Below are positions 40,601 through 52,324 of a stretch of 64,000 nucleotides of DNA, in pieces (the first letter of the stretch is position 1; each line of letters starts with the position of its first letter). The notes beneath the pieces were generated by a model. It made no database searches. It saw only the letters and a list, made by a program, of their open reading frames with translations, and was not told the origin of the DNA. Where the stretch lies: contig NC_092677.1 of NCBI RefSeq assembly GCF_964355755.1, positions 5,230,101-5,294,100 on the forward strand, written 5' to 3'. The position numbers were made by a program, and so were the translations under genes. The DNA is from Antedon mediterranea. Lineage: Eukaryota > Animalia > Echinodermata.

Positions 40601-43600
40601 CTAATTTCACTACAAGAATGTGTATGCGAATTTGGTGTAAAGTTCAGTTGAGTATTAACAATAGAAGAGGAACGGCAAAGACAAACAGATGAATTTGAAA
40701 AGAAATAAAATTTAAAACTGCTCGTATCAAAAAAGCTGTAAATTAAATCAAATTATGTTTTAACATTACAAATCACAAATTATACTTGGTGCCTCTTGTA
40801 CAAAAATGACGGTTTTTGGACAAGTAGTTCTTGAGAAAAGGCAAATTCAGTTTACTTATTACTTTAAGACTGCTCGCCAGCTTTTGAAAATTCTGTCCTA
40901 TCTTTTAACACTAGCAGATCTGAAAATAATACAAAAAAGTGGTCCAGAATTGGGACTGTGGTCTTTGACTTAAATATTTTGCAATAACTTCTTGAGTAAT
41001 CCTGCTAACAAACAAACAGACAAATGTGATCGATTACATATTCCTCCTTAGTGGAGGTAAATAACATTTATCTTTTTTATCTTTTAAATTAAATGTATAA
41101 TCATAGAAAACACTTTTTTTTTAGCACTGTTTTTTAAATCCCAGATATTTCCCTGATACACTGTATTTATATAAAGTTTACTATTTTTATTTTTATTTTA
41201 GATCTAAAACTTCATACTCAAGTAAGTAATAACAGAAATATTTTCAATTTTGAATTACAGTTAATTAAGCATAATTCACACAACATACATGTTTTTTTTT
41301 TTTAATTGTGCGTTTAAGTGTCTACAAATGGTAGAGGAAGAGTCCTCCTAACAATTACAAATACTGTGAGATCTGATTCAGGGGAGTTCAACTGCAGTAT
41401 AAAAGGCAGTAGACAACAGCATCCAGGTGTCAACAATATATTTGTTTGTTGTGAGTGTAATTTTTTCCTTACAGTATTGGAACATATTATTATATTATCA
41501 CATTTTGTTTCTCTTTATACATTTTATAGTTCATTTTATTACTAAAATGTTTAATTTTTGTAATTCTATGTATAATCCCAAAAGTAAAAGTCTAATATAA
41601 TTGTAAGAAGCAAATTCCATAAATTGCATAATATTTGTATATATCATTTTATTATTTAGGGATTGAGATGACAAAACCAAAGTACTCAACAGAACATGGT
41701 ACCAGTAATTTTGAAATGAAGTGCAGATATGGACCATCAGATATGCCATTAACAGGTTACAAGTGGAAGAAGATTAAGGAAGATGGCACAACAGAGATTG
41801 TGGATTGTTCTAAAGATTCTAGATTTGAAGTAACAAGTTACCAAAAAGACAATATTCTGTCTTTGAAGATAAAGAATGTTGTACTTGGTGATGCTGGGAT
41901 GTATCAATGTGAAGTGAAGCCAGTTGATGGAGAAAACATGCTGAAAGATACTAAACAGCTAACAGTGAAGATAGGTAATTGTTATATTACTATAAATTAT
42001 GGCTTTAACATGATAATTATATTTTTAGAGTTGATGATTCACAAGATACAATAGCATCTGAATTTAATGGTTATTAATTTTGAACGAGCTTGATTGTACA
42101 ACAAAAATATTTCACCAACAAAATAGAACATTATTGTTCTTTGAATAATCAACATGTTGTTTGTAAGCACCCTGTGGTACACATTTATAATTTAACATTT
42201 ATTTGCATGGTAAAGAGAACCTGTTTTTTTAATGATGGTATAACAATTTATTTATAATTTAAGTCCAGTTGAATTAGCCTAGTAAAATATGGGAGATTAT
42301 TATTTATTATTTTTTTTATTGACTTTACACATTTGTTCTGCTTGTTGGTGGACTATTTTCTCTGTGCAATAACCATTGCCATCTGTCATCTTTTTGCTAA
42401 GTGCATGATATTTATGTCACGTCTCCTCTTGCTGGAAAAGTTGGCTAGATGCACATGTGTATTCTCGTCTCATCATTCCAAACAAGCCACATTTTGAAGA
42501 CTCTGAAAAAATATTTGTATAATATTTTTGGAACTTAAATCTATTTTTTCGATTTTTTTTCCATTCATCCTTTTTTTTTTTTTGCAATTTACATTAAAGT
42601 AAATAGAAAAGGTTTGTAATTATAGCTATCCCCCAGATGACTTTTTTTATGTTTTTCATAATAACCATAAAGCATACAGTAAGAAATTAAAAAAATACTT
42701 GAATATAGGTGAAAGTAATGTTTATTATGATCTGAATAAAATAAAAATGTAAGATGATGTTTTTTTTAGATCCTATCATAATGAATATTCCAGATGTTAC
42801 TACCAATGAGGGTGTGAATTATGTTAAATTGTTCCTAAATCTCATGTCGTTTGATAATCCTATTAAAATATCCAATATCAAATGGTATAAGCATGAAGAT
42901 GGAGCAAAGAAGCGGCTGACATCATTGCAGTCACCTGATCCAACATCACGCTATCATGTTGGAGATGTGGATGAAAGCACATGGTGTCTTGTAATTTCAA
43001 ATGTTAAATCTGAAGATGAAGGAGAATACACATGTGAAGTAGAAATTGAAGGAAAACAGAAAATGTACAGTGTTTCTGGAAGTTTAATAGTTCAAAGTAT
43101 TATGTTTAAAAGCATGATAATAATTCTTAGACCTATCAACTCTTTATCTTAAGATATTAGTGGAAGTCTGCCATTATGTTGTATATTGATATTATTTATT
43201 TTATTTATTTCTCCATGAAGTAAATTCTTGAATGATAGCAATCAAAAACTGCACAGAAGATTGAAATATTTGTTAGAGATAGAGTATACAATGTTTGATT
43301 ATATTAGTGTAGATGTGTGTATGTTTAAATGATAGCATATAGTAGATAAGAATTAGGTGAAGGTGGTAGGTGGATGTAATGATCTTGTATATCAATTAGA
43401 CTATCATGCAATAAATTGGTTAATCAATATTATATATATATTAATAAAAAATGATATTTGTTAGTATAAATTTCATAATATAAAATATTGATATAAGAAT
43501 ACTAAGTATCATAAGTTTAAATTTTAAAATTTTAGCCAATCTTGTCAAAGGTCGAGCGCCGCGTTTCGATATTTAATATTGAACTTGACCGGACGTGCTT

Positions 43601-46600
43601 TGACAATATCTTTATATGAAAATGGTAGAGTAGATAGAACATAATAAATAATTTAATATTTACCGTAAAGTGGGGTTCAACTGAATCGGTTAAAGTATGT
43701 TTGATAAAAGTGCGTATAGAATGGAAATGCTTGCGTTTCGATGTGCGTGTGTAACAAAGCGTGTAATACTATGTATATCGTATAATAGATTAAGAAGAAA
43801 ATATGATAAGTATGATGGTCAAATATGAAAAAGTAGTTTAAGATGTAGAAATAGGACATTTGCTATATATAACGTTGTGAGGTAAATTCCCATATAATCG
43901 CAATCAAAAACGATATTAGGTTTGGTTTTTTCTTTTGTTTGGTTTTTTAAATGTGTCGTTTTTCCAAAAGGATTATTAGATTATTATACAATCGATTTTA
44001 CATTTTTTCACATTATTAGGCGTATAGTAAATAAAAAAATCCAGGTGAAAATTAATTACAGTACGTTATTTAATTATTACATTTTTTCCGTTACAGTTCC
44101 AATCTTGAAAATGGAAGATAGTGTGAACTGTGTTGCAAGAGGAGATGCTATGATTCCTTTTTATGTGTCACAACCAGACCAATTTCAAAACTTTGTGTTT
44201 TATAAATATGAATCTGATGAATGGAAGAAACTTGCTGATAGTTTTACAATGTTTGGAAGATATCAAGTTAAATTTAGAAAGGAAGATCAGTCAGGTTATC
44301 TTGAAATTTCTAAAGTTAAAACTTCTGATGATGGTGAGTACCTTTGCCAATGTGTGACAGAGGAAAAGGATAGTGTAACTTACTCAGCAAGAAGCAAACT
44401 AAATGTTATTGAAGGCTGTAAGTCACTTCATGTTTTAATTCAATTCAACATTTATTTTGACCAAAACTATTGTTAATTTCTTTTCTACTGGATGGGATGA
44501 AGATTTAAACATCAAATGATGTCAAAATTTAGCCTCTATCTTGTAGATTGGAGATTGAGGTTTGTGTACGATTACGATTTTAAAATGTCATGTTTATTCA
44601 TAGCCAAATTTGTGAATGTAAGAAAGAGGTGTTGAAATTTACATACATACTGTAACTTAGTAGAACATATGCATCACTTTTGTGAATTTTCTCAGATCTG
44701 TACCTTAAGTTGGCTTTGCTGTTCCACAGAACCTATTCTGATTTTTTGTTTTAGCATGACAAATTGAAGTGTTAGTAATCTTTCAATGTTTACACATGCT
44801 CATAAAACTTCTGGAATAACTGCTTTTCAACCACATGCTGCACTAACAATTGACATTGTAAACTGTAGTTCAATTTTATTGTTATGATGGTATAGGTGGG
44901 TTATTACTTGAATTTCTCCAAGGCTCAATTTTTACACCTTTCAAGAAATGTACTAAGGTATGCAAGTGACATACTTATATGTGTATTGTGAACTGTAATT
45001 TCATCAAATTTATTCATATTTCAGATATGAAACTGAATGATTGTCATGTGATACACAAAGATAAAGCTGTTTTAACTTGCAAGTATGAAATTAAGAATGT
45101 AGTGAAAGCTGTCCATTGGTATAAGAAGACTGCTGATGGAATGCCAATAGAAAAAATGCCAGAAAGATGTAAAGCAACTTGTAAGCCTAATGAAGCAAGC
45201 TTAGAGTTTGAAAAAGTGGAATTTACTGATGCAGGAGAGTACATGTGTGAACTAAAAACAAAGAGAGATAACCTCAAAGGAAAACTTAAAGAAACAATGG
45301 AATTTTTTTTATTTTCAGGATATAAATCACAAGCACACTTGAGTGTACAATGTAAGTAAATGTACATCTATTAGGAAAAACAGTATTGACAAAAGTTAAA
45401 TGGGTTCAGCTTGTAACTAAAAACTATCAAATTTTGTAAATTGTGTAAACATGTGGTACAGAGTATAATTAAACAGTTTACACTGAAATAGTCATACAGT
45501 CTAGGTTATCATTCTTTGAACACCCGATTAAAGTTAATTATTTTGTGTATTTTGCATCTTTAACAAAATTCCAATTTTTTATCACATACATAATAGGGTA
45601 TCAATTTTTCAAATTTTGTTATAGTTGATGTGTTTACTCAAACTAGTGATAATGAAAAATGCAGCTACAGGTATTCTTTTGTTTTTATTACCAGAATGTT
45701 TTTCAAAATCTATATACAGTATAGCCAATTCTTTGTAATGTATAATTTCATTTCATTATTTGAGTATATACATAACAAATAAAACTGAAATTGGGGAGAC
45801 CAGGGTCAACCTAAGTGAACTTAATCACTGTAGCTGAGCCGGTTTACCCAACCCCAAAGTCAGTTTACACATAAAAGACAAAGACAAAATACAGTTACAG
45901 CGAATCAAAATGAATGTGAACTTTTTTAATGAAGGCTGATGGGCTTTCTAGGACTGCAGCATCTGTCAACGGTCTGGGAACCTGGTCCTGGTCCATCATT
46001 GTGATGGGTATTTATTAAAATACAGTCATGATTGCTGCAGTCCAGAACCTTAAAACAAAATATAATAAGAAATTTATGTCTTCTAACGGACAAAGATGAA
46101 ACCAGTTTAACCAGTTATATGCACATTCTGTAGTACAGTGCAATGTATCACATGTGATGTCTGTTATAAGCCATTGAGAAACACATTCACCACATGTGAT
46201 ACTTGTGAAACTAACATATAGAATTTGTTTATGATACTGGCCATATGAAGAGACACAGTACAGATTATCTGGTATGGTGTAAATCCTTTTGTGTAGGAAT
46301 GGTTTTATTTATGTGGTTTTGTTGTGCCTGTTTTTGCCATACAACTATTTTTTTTAAATAGATGCAAGGTTTGTCTTAGAAATAAATAATTTGAGATATA
46401 GTATATATTTAAAGCTATTTCAAGCATTAAATCTTTTTATACTGTAAGTTGTGTTAGAATGTGCAATTATTGTGTATAGATACTTTATAACTTTTTAAGT
46501 TTCACTCTGTGTAATCAAATCATATATTTTTATTTCATAGACATCCTGCAGTGATCTTCATAAATTCTCATTTTATCATATTTTGTGAGAAAAACAACTC

Positions 46601-48867
46601 AGATGTGATAATGAGAAGAGGAAAATTGAATGGAAAGAGTATGATTGAATGGGAAGAACCAAGAATGATTTTGCAAGAAAAGGATACAAGGTATGAATTA
46701 AAGATATAGCAATAGTAATCTAATCTGACCTCGATTATTAATCTGCAATGACGTCCACTAGTTTTACTATCAAAAAAATAAGAAAATGGGTAAACTAGAA
46801 TTAAATTGTCACTTTCACGAGTTTAGATTAATCTCGCAAATGCAATGTGCACATACGTTGAAATATGAACACAAAAAGTAAATGTTTACAATGATGAATG
46901 TGTGTCTATTTTGTATCCTAGAGTATACATTATAAAATAGTATTTTATGTCTAAAGGGTTTAGTCGATTTTTAAGTTTGTTAATGTAAAAAATTCAGATT
47001 AAAAATTCAATTCAATACAATGTTTTAAAAAATGTATTTGTTTTCAAAGTGGAAAACATTTACAAATCTCACATAATAATAATAATTATTTTAAAACAAT
47101 AATCATTATAATAATTACCATGACGGTTTTTGCACGTTTCTGTTTGCTTCTGTACAGCTATCATAATATAGTACCAATTGTAACAAATAATGGAAAGGTG
47201 ATTCTAATGTGTGTTAAGCAAAACAACAAAACCAGTGAAAGGAAGATAATAAGGATGAAAACTTATGACAATGGAGACAATTGGATTGGACCATTTGACA
47301 TACAACTTGATTTGACAGACTTTCAAATGGATAGTCTAAGTAAGTTAGTATAATCTGAATCTGACTGACTATTCATATTCCAATGTTACCTTCTGCGATT
47401 AACGTAACAATCAAACCATTACACAGGTATTTTTATTGAGTTGTAAATTTTTCTTTATCAGAGGGGGGAAATGGCAAAATCACTGTGGTCATGTTACAAA
47501 GATATCGAAATGATATAGACTATCTTAACCAAATAAAACTCTTAGAAAGTAGGAATCCTTTTAATTTGCCATTCTTCCCCTGACTGTTATCAAACTGAGT
47601 GTTGATTATTTTTTGTGCAACTTACAAAAATCAAAATTAATAATCTTATCTCTAAAATGCTATTTTAATATTCTTGCCCCTTTTTTTTTATTATAATAAA
47701 AAAAATAAATAAATTGTATTATTATTATTTGTAATTTTTAGTTTATAATATATTGTACTGCTGTAAATTTGTAACAATACAGTACCTTTTAAATACTAAA
47801 ACATTACAATGTGTGCTTCCCAGGCATTGGTGATGGAAAATGCTTAAAAACAAAAAAATTGGTTGTTGCAGGAGTTTGCAAAATGGACAGTAATGCAAGT
47901 AAGAAAGTACCTTATAAACTTTCCTGTAATTAAGGTGCTCAAACAAAAGTACCGTAGTTACTTGCATTGAACTAATATTTGCATCACTTTGAACTTAATA
48001 TGATAACTGTTTGTCATTGTACTTTTTGTCTGTTATCTTGTAATTATTTTTTTATTAGTCGCAATAATTATTTAAATGATCAATGGTGTTATTTTGCAGA
48101 AAAACTAATTGTAATTATAAGTGACAATGAAGACATTTGGAATATTTTACCCCCTGTTACACCACCAGATGCTACTTTAGGAGAGCATACACAAGTAAGA
48201 TTTACTAGTGTTTACTTTTTAAGTACCTATTTTTATTTATAGTTTCTATGCTGTAAATGTCACTTTGTCATTATGGTAATTGTTTTAGATTATTGAATAT
48301 GCAAATGACCAAGTTTACATCAGCTGTTCATTGGAGGGCTGTCATCAAGTTTACGTTTCCTGCAGCAATGATAGATGTGAAACATTTGATGGCTGGGTTC
48401 AGGACGCATTTTTAGAGACAAGCCCAGAATGCCAGGTACCCTAAAACATGCCTGTTTTTAGGATTGTTTCATTCATTCATTACCATTTAAAGGGTAGATA
48501 ATATTTATATAATTTATTGTCATTTGCATTTTGTTCCATCTAGGGTGGTATTGTACGCTTACCAACAAAGTCAGGTAACTTCTACCAAATAGCAATGGCA
48601 AGTCATGGAAATGAAACAAACAAGGATCTTACACTTCACTTAAGCAAAGATGGTTGTAAAACTTGGTGTCAGTTTTACACACTAGGTGCAGTGAATGCAG
48701 AAGAATCTGACCTAGCTTACTACAGTGTAAAAGAAGGGAAAGAAGAAGCAGAGGGAATAGTGTGTGTTTACTGTTATAATTCCGAAACAGAGGGTTATAA
48801 TATTGGAATGCAGTTGATTTCTACCAAAGAAATTAACTCAAATTATAAGTGGCATTACTACATATAG
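34620..48867 (+). CDS. Gene L2 (complete, 23 coding exons, 1302 aa): signal-V-I-short Ig-TM-split Ig with Cys-rich insert-4 Ig-degenerate sialidase. Exons 34620-34662, 34932-35267, 35519-35812, 36870-37094, 37425-37493, 37671-37931, 38123-38153, 38286-38400, 38567-38621, 38905-38923, 41202-41221, 41319-41450, 41660-41974, 42770-43096, 44097-44417, 45025-45351, 45625-45670, 46541-46690, 47158-47339, 47824-47898, 48100-48194, 48289-48435, 48544-48867
   Basis: Exon lengths sum to 3909 nt in one frame with AG/GT boundaries. Signal MGFIPFLFFFSTLYGVHG and TM LYIVLIVVGLLLTWLLLLVYFILY. The 5' half is paralogous to L3 and the 3' half to L1. The signal exon is the least certain part. Confidence 0.85.
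36414..36583. repeat. Dispersed repeat, with an inverted copy at about 49780-49946
   Basis: TACAAAACACAAATTGGGTTTGTTTAAATGAGTC and GAAGTAATTCTCAGGGTGCTAATTTT appear as reverse complements near 49780-49880. Confidence 0.65.
39074..39290 (+). mobile_element. tRNA-derived SINE in an L2 intron
   Basis: tRNA-like head 39074-39149 (GGGAGTTG/CAACTCCC stem, A box TAGCCGAGTGG, B box GGTTCAATTCC), followed directly by a SINE-like body beginning GTCCACTCAGCTGTAAATG. Confidence 0.7.
39290..39830. mobile_element. Possible MITE with degenerate TIRs
   Basis: GATGAAAATTGAATTTCATTTCTA versus the reverse complement of TAGAAATTAAGTTAAAATTTCATC. No TSD verified. Confidence 0.35.
45625..48867 (+). other. GH33/NEU-like sialidase propeller domain of L2, catalytically degenerate
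   Basis: YRHPAV, VIMRRG, TYDNGDNW, SKDGCKTW, ECQGGIV, EESDL. Same 7-exon structure as in L1. Confidence 0.8.
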
Positions 48868-51800
48868 CAACATCAATGACAAATTTACTTTTTGTTATAG
48901 AATTGTTTAGTTATATTGTAGGAATAGGAACCTACTAAAATGTAGTTATAGTTTCTTTTATCATAGCTATGCTGTTGATTGGATTCAATCGCAGTCAGCG
49001 GATTTTGTGATTTCTATGTTGATATAAAGAGCTGTTAGTAATTGTCTTGTTGGTTTTTTTTTTTCATTTGCTTTAATACTACATTATCTATTGCATTGCT
49101 CAGTATTCATTATTTATATAAATGTCTTGACAGGTTATGTACAATAAAAAAAAATCAATAGATTTGTTACAGTTGGGAATTACATTGCCACAATAATACA
49201 TGTCCTTCTATGATCTGGTGTATTATGCTGCCACTATACAGAATGTCATTCATTAGTACTGTAAAATAATTAAAATAATGTCTGTATACGTGAAATCAAA
49301 AGTAAATCTGAAATTCTTTGTATGTTTGAAACAATATTATATTTGCAGTACTTCTTATGTAATATTTTATAAATGTAAACACAGGTCTGTTCAGTAAACT
49401 CTACCTGGTTTGGGTCTGATGAACAATTTAAAATTGAATTGAATAACTAAAGAATTGATGTTTAGAAATGTCGCATGTTAAACGTTATAAATTGTCCAGT
49501 CTGTTTGAACATTCAAACTATTTACAACCGCAAGGCTTTCGTCGAACACTTTGCATCAGAAATCCATGTCTCTAGTAGTCGTTAAGTGAATTGTGTACTA
49601 CTAGATGGCACGCTCGCTTCGCTCGCGTACCATCTAGGTCGTGCCCACAGATGGTTCTCGAATACACAGTATTTCCAGCGAGAAAAAAATGGAGATTTCA
49701 AATGTACGTACCGCAGGACTATAATACATTGTCGTTTACAGAAACGAGTAAATATACACAATGATTTATGTAGTCAACCAAAATTAGCACCCTGAGAATT
49801 ACTTCCGAGAGAGAAACAAAATGAGTCAAATTTTTTTATTTGGACTCATTTAAACAAACCCAATTTGTGTTTTGTATGTAACATTAAGGGTTGAGGGATG
49901 GGGGAAGAAGATAGGTACAAAGAGGAAACATTTTAAAATATATTCTTATCCACTCAGTAACGAAATATTGTTTTTAATGTGTTATAGGCCTATAAATAAT
50001 ATACCCCTAAATACAGTAAAACATTAAAACATTCACTGTCATAGTCGATTGAAATAGTAAAGTACATGTAACGATACACCACTACGACGTTTATATATTT
50101 TTAAATTATTAATTAATACAAACGTTGAGAAGCAACTGTCAGTAATAACGTTTATTTATTTGTATATTATATGTTTATAATCTAACAGTAGGGCCTACCC
50201 ACACTCACAGTAATAAAGTTTATTTGTATATATTTTTATATTACATCTAACAGTACCAACACTCACAGTAAGAAATTTGCGATTCAAATTGCGATCAAAA
50301 GTGGTTAATACCTTAACAGTATTGTACAGCATTGCAATACTATTTATGTTTATTCTCCAAGGGGGCCCATAAATCTAAATCTATACCTCTATGGTTAAAC
50401 CAAATAATTTGGAATGTTCCATTCATCACAAATCAATACATTTGTAAAAACGTATATTACATGTATCAAAATAGCATTTTTTAAAGAAAATCGGCCTGTC
50501 TTCAACATCATGATGCTGTACTCGAACTGTTCAACCGGTTTTCAGCTATTAAAAACAATTATCGTAGGAGGAGATAGGAAAATGCGAAGCGTCCTCGTAT
50601 TATTGTGTGCGGGTATTTTTCAAATTGACATCCATTAGACAGTGTATACCACGATCGGAAAACACCCCTATTTGGGGCAAATCTTTGAACCTAAATTCGT
50701 TTTAATCGTCAATAACTAATTATCGAACTCAATTTAATTAGTAAACAGGGTTACATCAGGTGGTTAAAATTAGTACCGAAAGTAAGAACCAACTTTATAT
50801 ACCATCGCGTAAAAATTCTAGAAATAACGCACGATTTACCGATTTTTGCCCTTACGTAAATTTATATATAGATTATACTATACTGTATTTGTTTTCATTT
50901 TGCATTAATAAATTATACTACACAGTCATTGTCTTGTTATTGTATTAGTTTATTTATCTGAAAGAATGTTTTACGTTGGTTTGTATGCCACAGTACTGTA
51001 CACTAATGTAAAAAATGCTGCAGTTTAAAGTAATGCATTGCTTATAAAATTGAACAAGAAATATGAATAATTAACGACGAAATTGGATGTTCATTGAAGT
51101 TTTTTTTCCCATTTTTATATCAATATTTTTTTAATTGCGGATTGTTTTGTCAGATTTTTTCCGGGGCTCATTTTTGGTTAGCCTTTGACATTTTGTTTAC
51201 ACATATGATTCAGAAACAAAGAGTATAATAATGGAAAGCTATTGATTTCTAAAAAAAATTGATATACTAATAAAATTCCTGAAAAATACGGTACTTTTTA
51301 TTACATTTAAACAACTCACCCTTTTTTGCCATTTGTTGCCTGTACAACAACACATACTTTTTCATACAGTTTATATTAAGAAAACAAGTATAGTTTTGTT
51401 TGCATAGTCGATCGTTTTCGGTGTGACTTTTCGTCGTTTGTTTCGTTTATTTGACCAGTATCAACATAATGCAATACCGTACAATATAACATAAAAAGGC
51501 CGGACACGAGCAGCTTTTCAAATTAGCCAGATGGGCCTATAAGTAGGTTAATCAATCAGTAACATTTTATTAAATTGCAATAATAGTTTCATGTGTCTAC
51601 ACATTTTATTAACAAAGTAAAATTAAGCATGTAAGATGCGAGAGAAAGTTTAAAGTTACTATCTACTCTACTTTCTATTATTTTACACTTTTCTAATCTT
51701 CCTCAACTTGTTTTATGTTGCAGCAGTAACGTAATTGCTATCAAAGCACCGTATTTGTCACAGAATGTTAAACCGCGCTGAAACCTTGGTAACTTGCAAG

Positions 51801-52324
51801 CAGCGTTCATCACTGTTTTACAGTATTTCAAATGTTATTGGTTGTTATATGTATTAACAACGAACTTTTAAATGAGTCGTCTGTACGACACAGAGTAGAC
51901 CTCGTATCTTGTATCATCATTAAGGTACGATAAACAAAACAATGATTGTTTTCATTTGCATAAGATGTTTTCAGTGTGACTTTCTATACTGTTTGCAGTA
52001 TACTTTCTATTTCTACTTTCTATTGTTTTACATTTACATAAGTTGTTTTAAACTTTATCAATTAACAGATCTTAATTTGAAAATTTGTTCTCATTAATTA
52101 ACTACTTGTAAAAATAATGCAGTAATTATCGATAATAATCAGTCTGTTCGAAATAAACATAGGCCTAACAGATAAGATGGTATCGCTCACCTCTTCCAAA
52201 TTACAAATTACAAATTATTTCTATGTGTACCAACCATACTTAATCATGGTTATCTTATCTTATCTTAGGCCCTAATTTTACTATTCATTACTTTATAACT
52301 TAAACACTAATTCGGGATGAACGT

